From positions 2,790,001 through 2,854,000 of the forward strand of contig OX597825.1 in the NCBI GenBank assembly GCA_951406725.2: a stretch of 64,000 bases of DNA, in the 5' to 3' direction. Within the stretch, counting starts at the first letter, position 1. Each line of letters opens with the position of its first letter. This stretch comes from Octopus vulgaris. Taxonomy: Eukaryota. The notes beneath the pieces were generated by a model. The model had not been told where the DNA came from, searched no databases, and saw nothing but the letters and a program-made list of their open reading frames with translations. A program made the translations under genes and the position numbers. This document shows positions 26,639 to 40,442 of this stretch, piece after piece.

Positions 26639-27224
26639 ACTTGAAAAGGAAAGTGAGAGTAGAGAGGCAAGTTTTGTCTAGCGAATGTTTTAAAAAAAGA
26701 TGGGTGAATGTAGCAAGGATGGCACGTATGAATGACGAAGCCACCTTGAGCATAGTCCTATGAACCCAGAAATTGAAAACAGAGGGTTACCCACTTGCAA
26801 ACAAATGTGGTAACATATAACAATATTGACCAAGGTTACCGTGGTCTTTTTCGTAGGCTTTTCTTCCCATGGATAAACCTTACTTGCTTTCCCCTTTACA
26901 CCATATATCATAACACTATGATACACGATCCCTATTGATCGCTCCTTTTTTTTTTCCTCTTCCCCTTTTTTTCACCTTTTTCTTCTTTTTTCATTTCTCT
27001 TTTCTTTTGTTCCTTCCCCTTTCTTTTTTTCTTTTATTCTTTTTATTTTTCTTCTTTTTTTTCTTTTTTTATTATTATTATTTTTTTTGTTCTTTTCTTC
27101 CCCTTTTACGATCCCTCTTGATCGAAAACCTACGTCACCCCCTTTTTTTCATCCCCCAAAAGAAAAGCTCTATCTTGTAACTTGTCCCATCTGTGTGCAG
27201 CCCTGTGTGGCCAATAAAGAAACT
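26639..27224 (+). mobile_element. 5'-truncated L1/Tx1-clade LINE 3' end inside (TATC)n
   Basis: Open frame 26641-26763 LKRKVRVERQVLSSECFKKRWVNVARMARMNDEATLSIVL* fits the Tx1/L1 ORF2 terminal F..RW pattern. T-rich 3' UTR ends AATAAAGAAA. 14-bp TSD TATCTAACTATCTA at 26625-26638 and 27225-27238. Clade call is motif-based. Confidence 0.7.
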
Positions 27225-27231
27225 TATCTAA

Positions 27232-27305
<74 letters not shown>

Positions 27306-27366
27306 GTCTGTCTGTCTGTCTGTCTGTATATCTGTTTGTCTATCTATCTATCTATCTATCTATCTA
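27225..27366. repeat. (TATC)n/(TGTC)n microsatellite, right of LINE insertion
   Basis: Read directly. Confidence 0.97.
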
Positions 27367-27578
27367 TTCATTTCGTACTGTCGAATTTAATCCCTATTTT
27401 TGTGGTTATAGAACCTAGCTGTTCTTTCTAGCGTGTTGAAATCCTATAGGTGGATTCCTCATGTGTTTAAATATACACTATATCGTATGACTAATATATA
27501 ATCCTTTGGACTAAATTTTTTACACGTTAGACAACTGGAAATGTAAAGTTTAATTAATTTCAATTTCCCTTTGATATG

Positions 27579-27712
<134 letters not shown>

Positions 27713-28384
27713 TAATGTGTATGTGTGTGTGTATGTATGATTTTATGTGTATGTATGTGTAGCTGTGTGTGTGTATGTATGCCTGTGGTTGGATGTATAT
27801 GTATCTACGTAAATAACAGCAAAAATACATGTGTATTCCTAAGCTGAACTTAGATTTATTGTAACATGCATAGCAAGTTACTGAGAAACTCTTAATTAAA
27901 ATTCTTAATGAAGTGGCAGGTTTACGTTTGTGAAACGGTATTTGTAGCCACGGAGGGCGTTTTAGCGGAGTGGAAATTAATTTCAAAATTCAGAAACATA
28001 TATATATCCCGTTTTTGAAAAGTTCTGTTTCTCCTAGTAAGCTTTTTTTCATTCTGGTGTAATATCTTAAATTTACGCATTCAAATATATTCATATTTCA
28101 AATATAACTCTCTTATGGAGCACTGTAAGATACATATCTCTCAAGTTCCATTTGCTGAGACATAAATCAGAACGCTTTCACGGATTGGTTTTAAAAAAAT
28201 CAAGTTATTTACTCTAGAAATGAGAGAACTACATACAAAGCTTTTAGTGGTCCATTTCCTGTTGATATTGCTGTGAATAATCAATGCTTATGACAAATAT
28301 TTCTGAAAAATTGTACACATACAAACATACACATCAATGTAGGTATGTATGTATGCATGTATGTATGTGTATATGTATGTAAGT

Positions 28385-28721
28385 GAAGGCGCATGGATCA
28401 GTGGTTAGAGCGTCGAGCTTACGATCCTGAGGTTGTGGGCTCGAATCCCGGACCGGGCTGCGTGTTGTGTTGTTGAGCAAGACACTTTATTTCACGTTGC
28501 CCCAGTTCACTAAGCCGTAGGAATGAGTTGCGGCGTCACAGATGCCAAGCTGTATCGGCCCCTTTGCCTTTCCCTAGGACAACACTGGTGGCATAGAGAG
28601 GGGAAGCCGGCATGCATGGGCGACTGATGGTCTTCTATAAACAAACTTGGCGGGCTTGTGCCTGGGAGGGTAACTTTCTAGGTGCAATCCCATGGTCTGT
28701 GTCGTGACCAAAGGGGGTCTC
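28385..28721 (+). mobile_element. tRNA-derived CORE-type SINE (family C), near full length
   Basis: A box TGGATCAGTGG (28394-28404), B box GCTCGAATCC (28439-28448), then CORE-like GTGTTGTTGAGCAAGACACTTTATTTCAC..CCCAGTTCACT..GTAGGAATGAG. The GC-rich body ends GGGGGTCTC and is flanked by microsatellites. Confidence 0.85.
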
Positions 28722-28724
28722 AGA

Positions 28725-28801
<77 letters not shown>

Positions 28802-29393
28802 GTATAGAGCTTTTCACGTGTGTGTATGTATGTGTAACTGCAGATGAAACAAATTGTCTGGGGTAGGTAGAAATAAAGAAGTGAAGAATATCATATTACC
28901 TATGATGGGAAATATACTACAAACATTATACAAAATTATATTTTATTTAAACATGTAAATGAGCTTGTGCTGTGGATAGATTAAATATTTTCTTTTTGTC
29001 TTTATGCTGAAAATCACTTCTTGCAGACGATCAAATTTATTTGATTTAGATTTCTAATTAGGAAACATGCTGCAACATGTCTTACAGTGAGGTAACCAAT
29101 GACGTTTCAATGGTTTATTCGATCCTAAATATTATCATAGCAATTGAAAGCTGGAAATGTCACATAGAAACGTTTATTTGAAAGGTTATTAAACATCGAA
29201 GATACGTAGTCGAGAACTGGCTTTGCCTATGAGGTTTCAAAGAGAAATGAAGAAATACTATGGTGCTAACACTGTTAGTACGTCAGTGTTAGACCATATC
29301 AAGGAGATCTGTAAGTTACAAAACTGGAAAACATACGAGACAGGCGCAAAACTGCTCGGCGACTCTTGTGATATAGGTGCATAATACACGAGA

Positions 29394-29543
29394 AATTCTG
29401 CCGAGGTCGACTTTGCCTTTCATCCTTTCGGGGTCGATAAATTAAGTACCAGTTAAGCACTGGGGTCGATATGATCCACTTCATCTGCCTGTCTGTCCTT
29501 GTTTGTCCCCACTGTGTTTAGCCCCTTGTGGGTAGTAAAGAAA
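29394..29543 (+). mobile_element. 5'-truncated SINE family A with target-site duplication
   Basis: Matches 19201-19336. Flanked by ATAGGTGCATAATACACG (29373-29390) and ATAGGTACATTATACACG (29543-29560), 2 mismatches. Confidence 0.9.
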
Positions 29544-30049
29544 TAGGTACATTATACACGTGATTATGTGTGCACGCTTACGTATATATTGAACTATTTG
29601 CGAAATGATAATTGAGTAAAGGAGAATGGCAAACGAACCAGGGTTATACAATCGAGTCACTCAAAACCTAACAGCAATGGTATAAGCCCTTTTATTCCCT
29701 TGTGTCTGTTTCGTTCACAATTCATTTCAGCAACAAACTGGCAGTTTAAATAATGCGATGGCACTCAAATAACAACTCAATAGTTCTCTATGGAGACTTT
29801 GTTGATCAAAAACATATTGTGGTGTGCTATTTTTTGTCCATGGTTTCTTATATATTTTATCAATATGGTAAACATTTATTATAGTAGCGTATTTTATTTT
29901 ATCATTTATCGTATATTATGTTTCCATATCTAGAAGCACAAAGCAAAACATGTGCATACTGATAACCAGACTAACACTCGCACAGAGACACACAGACACA
30001 TAAACGTGCGACAAATGATTAAAATAGTATAAGTTGTATAATTCCGAAA

Positions 30050-30093
<44 letters not shown>

Positions 30094-31211
30094 ATACACA
30101 AACAAACACTTATATAAATTTATGTGCGTATAGGTAATTATGATAATTAATCATGTATAAATAAAGCTGTATAAAAGATCTATAATTAAACACGTGATGA
30201 CGGTTGTAATATCAGCTGCGTAATATATAATTTTTCACATTGACTAATTATTTTTTATTTATATATTGTTTTATTTTTTTTGTTTTGTTTTTTTGTGCAG
30301 TATTTTCATTAGTCTCATTCCATTATGGCAGCGACAGTTCTAAGTATTCACGAACTTAGTAATGTGTGCTACCGAATGACAAATTTTCTCGTAGAATGAA
30401 TCGGTTGGAAAAGTAAATGTGCAAGGATAAAAGAGATCATTATTAGCAATTTTGCATATAATTCTATGCCTCTAGATCTAACGTATGGTATTCTATTTCC
30501 AGACTTAGTATCAAAATCATCTCTGTAGAAGACCATTAGTGCACGCATCCTCAAATTGTTCTGCTTTCCCAGCTGCCACGGTTACTTTGAACTCTGAAAC
30601 AGTTAACCAGCTCTGTGGCATTTGAACTTATCTAACACTTCTCTGAACTCCCCTTGCAGTTCATAGTTGGCTAAAGAAAGTTTCAATTTCCATTCTTTTG
30701 ATGAATATTACTGACGTTATTTATGGTTTGGCTTTTATACATTCCGTTCTTTGTTTCAGAATCTGTAAGCTTTCTGAAGACAATTTTTTGGTTTCACAGC
30801 CGAGATGAATTTGTCAAATGATGCATGAACGATGAATCATTTATTTGTATATTGAACGTTTCTTAATTTTATTCTATGCATTTTTTCTGTTTTAGTCTAC
30901 CAATTTATCAAACAATCCTTTACTTACTAGAGCTTGTGTCATATATCTCGTTTTATCCCGCAGGAAATACACAGCAGAGGAGAATATATAAATTTCTGTT
31001 CCACGTTCTGCTATATTTTTTAATGCTATATTTCTCAAAACAAACTCATTGTGTCGAAAAACAAACGAATTTCAGTCGTATGTGTTCTGGTGGAAACAAT
31101 TACCTGATTTATCCATTTGAAGTGTCGTTCTTGTATGATGGCATGCTTATGGTTAATATTTACCAGATTCCTACAACTAAATAATATATAGTATAATTGT
31201 TTTCATCTATA

Positions 31212-31440
31212 GCGGTGGTTACCAAAATTATCGGGCTCCCGCCCCCTTGAGACCTAGGCGACATTCCTAGCGCTCCCACCCTAACTAACCATCACAAACT
31301 TATGCTCTTTTCTAAAGCAAATTCAAAGCAACAGTATTTCACAAATAAAACTTAACTAAAGGAAGCCATTATTTTGTTTTTACGTGAATCACCACCCCAT
31401 TATCGCTCTATTTGAACTTTCCACTGTCCGCAAGGGACCA
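31212..31440 (+). mobile_element. Possible hAT (Charlie-type) MITE remnant
   Basis: CGGTGGTTACCAAAATTATCGGGCTCCCGCCCCCTT resembles CAGTGGTTCCCAAACTT...CCGCCCC termini. No second TIR seen. Confidence 0.35.
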
Positions 31441-31448
31441 ATGCCATG

Positions 31449-31503
<55 letters not shown>

Positions 31504-34046
31504 ATGTATCTATATTCATATATATATATATATATATATACCAGAATATGCACATAAATATGAAGCAAGGTGGAAAAATAGTACTCGAATACCGGAGGTA
31601 GAGTTATATGCTGAAAATATATGTATGTGCGTGTGTGTGTGTGTTTGTGTATGTGCGTGCGTGCACGTATTTGTGTGGTGGAGTGTATGCGTATATGTAT
31701 ATATATCCCAATATTTTTATGTATGTTTCGCTTATAATTACATATGAGCGTTAACGAAAATGTCTTGGCTTTACGGCTATCGTCAATGTCTGGATGGAGA
31801 CCCAAACTTCGGAGTTCTTTTGCAGGGTTTAGAAAAACTGAAGGACCGTTGCAATAAGTGAGTGAATATAGTAGGGGAATACGTTGAATAAAAAAAATAA
31901 TTCACTGACCCTGTTGTATTTTCATTTATCCAAATCCGGGACCTCTTCAACGTACCCTGGTAGATCATAAATATTGCGTTTACCAAACACAAATACATAT
32001 ATACTGCACATAAATTACACGAACATATATCAACCAGAGTTGCCCTCGCACAAGCAGCGGAGTCAAACCTGACTTGTTGCAAGCGTGATGCAACAGTGAT
32101 GGAAATATTTTATCTAGAACAACATAACAATAGATATAAGTTGCATACTAATCATATCGATGTAAACAACGATGAAATAATACAGAATTATTTGCAAGTG
32201 TTGTTGCATACAATCACATTGGCAGAAAATAAATCTGTACAATCCAATCCTCTAAGTAGACTTTGTCTTTTGAAATTTCTTTTTTCGGAAATTTACCAGG
32301 AAATATAGGTAAAGAAATGCAAATACTATTCAGAAGAGTTTTACAACTTCCTGTACAATTCAATGAAGTATAAATTTCTATCGGTTTAGTGTATAGAGGT
32401 GAAAAGATTTATTTGAAAAGACTAGCCGTAATATTTATCATAGCTATATGAAAAGGGAACCAAACAAAAGCTAAAATGTAGTGTGTCTGGTTTGGTCTTA
32501 GCTAAACATTTTTCTTTTCATATGAAATCAACTTCATCCGCTTCAGACATTTTTTTTTTCACTGATAGCTTTGTGATTAATTTAAATAATGATGACGATG
32601 CCGATAATGATGTTATTTACAACGATGGTAATGATAATAGTTAAGTAAACGGTAGTAAGTTCTAATATTTGACCGACAATCGCCCAATTTTAACTTATTA
32701 AACTCTCTCTTCAAACACCATTTTGTTTACACTTTGAAGAAAATGATCATATGTGGGTGAAGTATGGGTAAACAGATCTAGACATACACATAAATATTTA
32801 GCTATACAAACACGCATCCATGTGTATGTGTGCGTATGTGTGTGTGTGTGTGCGTATGTGTGTGTGTGTGCGTATGTGTGTGTGTGAGAGAGATCGTGTG
32901 TAGTTAAATGTGTTTTGTTTGTATGTGGAAATTAGAATTGTATGTGAGCTACATAACGTTTATTTTGATGTATTTATCTATATTTACATCCTCGTAACCC
33001 TGCTCCCCCCAGCTGCACACAGACCAACTGATACTGTCCGTGACTTTGATAATTATAGTATATAAACGTCTGCCAATCAAGAAAAATTTCCAATAAGTAA
33101 AAGCCATTTTATTGAATTTGTTATTGATTGCACTAATTAAATATTTTCTCAAATAGAGTCTTTAAATCATCTGCGTTTGTTTAATTTTTTCTCCTAAAAT
33201 TACAAGAATCATATTATTTTAGAGATAAATTAACTCTGTACAATTCACACACATATGTTAACGCATAAATATTATTTGGACTGTATAACAGAGTGGATAT
33301 CGTGCAAGGTGTCTAATTTTTCCCTCAATTTTTTTTTTTTTGCTTTTTATAATCTATGTCTAATACAATCACACGAAAGCAATTATTTTTCTACCTTAAC
33401 AAAGTCATAAAACAAATTTTAGCTTATGCTGTGATTCAAGGTTAATCCGCATGATTCACTTCAACATGACGGAGTTTTAGAAATAATTTATCGATTAGCC
33501 ATTTTAAAGGCCGGTGCTCATGAGTGTATATCAGGACATCGGGGCTGGTGAAATTTCATAGAAAGAGCACTTTAGATAATGTGAAAATGGATAACTCCTA
33601 AACAGATGTGGGTTTTCCATGGCAGTTGTTATTTAATCGAGACTGACTCAAGTTTAAACAACAACAAAATCTATAACGAAAAATGTCTTTATTGCATTTC
33701 TTAGACATATTTTACATGAAGTTCAATGGTATCATTAATCAGGTTGGAGAAAATATGAATTTAGTGTGGAATCCTTTGTGAATTTGAAACTACCATAATC
33801 TTGAAACGCTCAAATTTTCCGAAGAGACAAGCATATAAAAATTGCAGCCAACTGGCTGCAAATAAATGGAAATACGATGCCAAAAGCCATAACATTGCGA
33901 TGTGCTGTTCCAAAGAATTCTATCAACTGATCACACTGTTAAGAGTCTTTCAAATCATAAAACTGAAAATTTTAATAACGGCGAATTACCAAGTATACTT
34001 ACATATAGATATATACACATTATATATATATATGTGTATGTATATA

Positions 34047-35282
<1,236 letters not shown>

Positions 35283-35299
35283 TACTATCTGGATATTGA

Positions 35300-35620
35300 A
35301 AAGGTGTTGCTCTTTTTCTGATGATCATATCATGTTGACATTATGGCTGTTACTTAACGGACTGGGAACCCTGAAACCGATGTTAGACCTAATATGGAAA
35401 GCTGCAACAGTGTCTGTTATGCCGTGGTTAGCAGGAAAGGAAACAGCGAACGTTCTGACTGAGTCTGCACGACCGGTTTCCTCGAACATGTTTGAAGCTG
35501 GCCATAAGTACCATTCACAGGGCTATGTGAAATGTGGTTAAACTCTTGTTTCAAAATGCTGCTGCTGGAATGCCATATATCTAGCAGAATGAGTCGGTGC
35601 CTTACTATTGTCTCCACAAA
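35300..35620 (-). pseudogene. Possible degenerate Gypsy-type integrase fragment
   Basis: Frameshifted THSARYMAFQ / YGQLQTCSRKP / SGFPVR*VTAIMST*YDHQKKSNTF loosely follows the H2C2 finger and GLP....AIMVVVD..SK..HF. Weak. Confidence 0.3.
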
Positions 35621-35744
35621 GAGTCAGAAGTGGTTGTTCGTCAATGTTTACAGATTCACTGGCAACAATTTATACATTCATAATTAAGAAAGACGCCAAC
35701 CAACTCAGCCTGCAAAGCTAAGGCTGAGTTGGAGGCAAAGACCT

Positions 35745-36176
35745 AAGAAGAGATCTTTCAGTAGTCACAGAGAAATGATCAAATTTCTTCCGATAGTCAC
35801 AAAGAGGCGATCCAAGTTCTTCCCTTTGACACAAAAACGTAATCAAAGTAATTTGCATGGACACAAAGAGGAAACCGAAGTTCTCGGGGACACAAAGTGG
35901 TGATAGATGTTCTTCACATGGACACAAAGACGTGATCGAAGTTCTTCTGATGGACACAAAGACATGATCGAAGTTCTTCACATGGGCACAGAGAGGTGAT
36001 CGAAGTTCTTCTGATGGACACCAAGTTGTGAATGATGTTCTTCACATGGACGCAACGTGGTGAAAGAAGTTACCATGGGAACAAAGAGGTGATCGAAGTT
36101 CTTTGGATGGACACAATGGTTGATCGAATTCCTTCACAGTGACAAAAAGAGGAGATCGAAGTTCTCATGGACACAG
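35745..36176. repeat. 32-bp minisatellite, ~13-14 units
   Basis: Unit approximately GACACAAAGAGGTGATCGAAGTTCTTCACATG, with three shortened 29-bp units. Confidence 0.95.
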
Positions 36177-37143
36177 CGAGAAAAGCATGGCGCCAGGTTC
36201 ACGAGCCATAATCTAGTTTCCATTTTTATGTTTCCTAAATTACTGTTTATTTATAAATGGAATACTTTTCTCTTTCCTTTGCAGAAACTCTCAAATTAGC
36301 TCAAACATTCTGTAATTATCAGGCATTATAAATAACCATTCGGAGTAAATAAACACTCACAAAACATCCTCAATATTCACGTGTGTGTGTGTATGTGTGC
36401 ACATATGGATTTATGTATGAGTGTATACATATCATGTGTGTGCTTATATGAGTGCTTATTTTGCCACACAAACATTCATATATAAAAGTATGAGCGTGTG
36501 TGTATATATAAATTGTAAACGTATATTTAGGTTTTTGGGTTCTGTTGTTTCCCTTCTCTCTTTATTGTAATTTCTCGACAGTAACCATGCTAAAACACAA
36601 GTATTCGAGGCAAGAAAGCCGTCTTTCAGTTCTAGTATATTTTCCTCCTAGAACTAAACTATGTAAGCCATGTTTGTAGGATATATGTAAGATGTAGTTT
36701 TTAGTGTCTTCAACTTTTCCAGTCTAACGATATTGCTAACTATTCAAAGCACTTTCGTTGATATCAGTGTTGTCAATACTGCTGCAACTTCCACTGTCAG
36801 GTTTCTGACTACATATATAGACGAAATTCGTAAGAAAATATGTCGAAAAAGTGAAAGAGTCATGAACAATTAGAACGAGAGGGAGAATATTACCAACACC
36901 ACCGTACAAAATCACATAACAGATTTGTGAGTTGTCCCTCCGCCTGTGCATATAAGGAATATTGCAGTGTGTAGACAGGTGTGAAATCTAATTTAAAAAA
37001 ATGCATTAACTCTAGATCTACCTGTCATCAAAAGATCCAGGCTGAATTCCTTTAACTTGCGTTAATCCGAATTCATTCTCTTATGTTTCACTTGCACTCC
37101 TCCCGTCTAAATACGAAGATAATTGTTTAATATTCTATTCTGT

Positions 37144-37330
37144 AAAGCAGCGTGCAGGTACAACTGTTGGCAAGCCGGACGAAATGCTTAGCGTCATTTC
37201 TTCCGGCATTATTTTCCGAATTTCTGTTACGGCAAGGTCGATCTGTTGTTCATCCATTTTGTGTTGCTAATATAAATATCCGATAAAAAAGTTGAGCAAT
37301 GTCATCAATCCACTTCCTTCACCCAAAATG
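37144..37330 (+). mobile_element. Old degenerate SINE family A copy
   Basis: GCCGGACGAAATGCTTAGCG..ATTTC and AAGGTCGATCTG..TTCATCC match 19151-19230 and 29404-29425. Confidence 0.65.
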
Positions 37331-38860
37331 TTTAACATTTTTTTGCCATTTGCCTAAAGCAAAAGGAAATATTTCGAGTCTCAGTGGGGCTATTTTAATT
37401 ATTGTCACTTCTCCTTCACACAAATCATAATATCATAAGGAAATTTACAGGGACAACATTGTCAAATGTATACCTATATGTTTAATACTGGAATATTAAG
37501 GTTTAGGGACAAATTTGGCTGACATAGTTGGATAAATATATAGTCGTGTCCATTGCCCGATGGTACTTTAAGATTTGGAAATCATAAGAAGAAACGTTTT
37601 ATTTCTATCTTCTTTTTATTTACATCTTAGTTGATGGAAAATCCTCAATCATAGTATAATATTTTATTTGGCATAAAAATGTTTTTTTAAATTCTTGAAG
37701 TGAATAATTTTGCAAATGATTGAAGGAGATTTTGTGTAACAATTGCAACATTTGAGTAAAGTAAGGTAAGTCGATACATTTGTAGAACATGAGTAAATTA
37801 TCTGAAGTTTATATAAATTCTTGCACGAGGAAGATCATTTTGGAGAGATAAAGGAATCAATTGATTTCCGTTGTGGAATTAGTCATGAAATTAAACTTTC
37901 ATTTCACCATTCTAAGTCTCTCTTCGTTTCCATCTTTTTTTTTCGCCCTTCCTTTTGTCTGCATGCCTGACCGTCTTCTTGCTTTGTCTCACGTTGTTTT
38001 CTGCTTCACTCACTGCATATCTTTCTTTCTCTGCCTCTCTTTGTCTCTCACTCTCTCTGTTTCACACACTCTCTGTCTCTTTCAATTCCTTATAAACTAT
38101 TCCATTCAGGTATACATAATTTTCTTTTCCTGATTTACATCTGTAAGTTATTATATTTTTTAACGACAATAGATAAACTTTGCCATTGTCTTTGGATCTG
38201 CATTTCGAATGATTAGTACGTTTGTCTACCTCAACCTTTATATAAATTATTTCTTGTAGTGTGTGATGAGTGTGTAGTGTGCAGGAGTGTGTGCCTGCTC
38301 TCGTGTGTATGTTCAGTCAATGCATTACGTAGAATGATGTGAATCTGTGATTTCGAATTCAAATTTCATGCATATTATTATCTTCTACGCTAATTTACAG
38401 ATAAGCGCCGTTCATTTTCGCCCACTTAAATATGGCGAACCGATGATTAGTCCGTCATCAATCTTCGGGAAATGACGTTACAGTTAGAATCACATAATCT
38501 AAAGCGCAATAAAATCAATATAAATAATTAAAGGGTCAAAAATGAATTCGTCGCTGTAACATTTTATATTACCTTAATGTTTTTCACTAAATATCCTTGC
38601 TTCGAAATGTTTGTTGTAATATTTTTTCAATAAGAATTTTAAAGGAGAACAGAGGAGAAAAAAAACGGTAAATGCCTCAAGACGCTAATGACGTTCTCTG
38701 TTTGGCAAGGATTCAGCCAAGTTAATTGAATTTGTAAAAATAAGTTAAGATTGTAAGTTGTCAGAGATATACTTCAGTTTTGAATTTTTTATTATGCGAT
38801 AGCAATTCTTGGAAGCAATGATAAGACTTCAATCAGTGCTTTAAATAGTAATACCATTAC

Positions 38861-38900
38861 ACAAGAGCTCAAGTACCCGGCGTTGCCAGGAAACTAAATG
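38861..38900 (+). mobile_element. Helitron/HINE-like terminal motif
   Basis: ACAAGAG..ACCCGGCGTTGCCAGG shares the CCCGGCGTTGC hairpin core with 17702-17717. Confidence 0.35.
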
Positions 38901-39288
38901 CTACATTTCGTGTATAAAAATAGTATCATTATAATCAAGCTATTAAATCATTAATACATATCCAAATATATTTTGATTCCGAATTAGGAAAACAAAAAAT
39001 CTATAACCTTTATTAACATAATACGCTGCTGCGTTTTTGTAAAGATCATATATCGTAAACTAGATATGCCATATTAGGAAATTATCATCAGATACGCCAT
39101 TAATCCTATATGAATTGTTATTGTTAACAATATCATCATGATAACTTGGTTAATACTAGCGAGACTGATTCCAGTTTGGTAGCGATGGTTTCAAGTCTAA
39201 TGTAAGATTCAATAATAGTGGAGGTAATGGACTTTACCTGAATGATAATTCAGTTGTTGAAGGTGGAAGTAAGGGGGAGAATTTCCTT

Positions 39289-39696
39289 TGTGATTGAAGA
39301 AACAAAGACAATTGTTTTTTGGTAGTTTTTTCGTAAGCGTACGGAAGTCGTCAATCTAAAACTTACTTCTGAAGGTAATGATTACTTTTATATTCGTTCT
39401 TCTGCTAATTATATTAAGAAGGGGATTTCGAATCATTGTCATTCCTTTAAGAACAGAAATATGGCTTCTTCTACTAGTCTAAGTAATTTAATCTGGAATC
39501 CTAAAGATAAAAGTACTTTATTGAAGGAGCATTTTGGAGAGGGCTCCGGATTATAGGATCAGTAATAGGCTCTGCTGTCTTTGTTCTGAGGAACTATTTT
39601 CGATTATATTTTCTAGAGGCAAGCTGTTAAACTTTAAATTCTGAAAGGGTTTATTTCTGTGTTCATAAGAATAAATGTGTGTTTAATAAATATTAA
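39289..39696 (+). pseudogene. Penelope-like GIY-YIG endonuclease domain, frameshifted
   Basis: CD*RNKDNCFL / EVVNLKLTSEGNDYFYIRSSANYIKKGISNHCHSFKNRNMASSTSLSNLIWNPKDK / SILERAPDYRISNRLCCLCSEELFSIIFSRGKLLN / FCVHKNKCVFNKY*: Cys linker, degenerate VVY-YIG, H..SF, T.LS..IW..K, C.LC..E and LLN..C.H motifs in order. Confidence 0.8.
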
Positions 39697-40300
39697 TTAG
39701 GGATGTATATTATAGGAGCTTTCTTCTATCTGGTTTTATTTTGATTTAGTGGTTTTTGAGAGTTTAATAATTTCGCTTTCACGCTTTGTATTTACTACTC
39801 AAGTTGATTCCTCTCGCATTGTTTGCATTTAAATTTTTAAAAAAATTATTTTTCAGAATTAAAAACAAAAATAATTTATATAATTTTTAATTTAATTTCT
39901 TAGATATTGTGAGTATATTAATTTTGGTCCATCTGTAATTGTGAGACGGCCGATTTTTATATTTAATTCATTTAATTATCTTACTACCGTTTTGATATTT
40001 CTAGATATTTATTTATTAGATGACCCCGAGCCGTTTATAATTAATGTCTAATTGTTACTTAAACAAGGTAGAAAATGAAGTAGGCATTCACATACTTCTC
40101 AAGCACACATATACACTCAAACAGAATTGGAATTGTGTCAGTTTTTGTCTTTCAAAGTTGTACTTTTCCAATTCTTCTCATTTATATGTTGAGAACAGAA
40201 GATACACTCCGTGTTCTTCTTTCCCAGACGGTTATTACTTTCTCTCACTCTCTCAGTTATAGCTATTACTCTTTGTACCGCCCCTTCGCTGTAATACTAT

Positions 40301-40400
40301 TTTCTCTCCTCTCAGGGTCAATAAAATAAGTACCAGTTGAGCACAGGGGTTGATGTTATCAATTTAAACAACCTTCGAAATTTCTGGTCCTGTGTCATTA
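40301..40400 (+). mobile_element. SINE family A 3' fragment
   Basis: GGGTCAATAAAATAAGTACCAGTTGAGCACAGGGGTTGATG matches 29431-29470. Confidence 0.7.
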
Positions 40401-40442
40401 TATATAAATATCCATTAATAGTGCCATTCCCGCCATACGCAT

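Noticed and set aside
35745-36176. CRISPR-like periodicity
   Set aside because: Units are contiguous with no unique spacers, there are no cas genes, and the context is eukaryotic.
36738-36985. Possible R4/Dong LINE C-terminal remnant
   Set aside because: Only vague similarity (FVDISV, HIRNIAV) across stops; not supportable.
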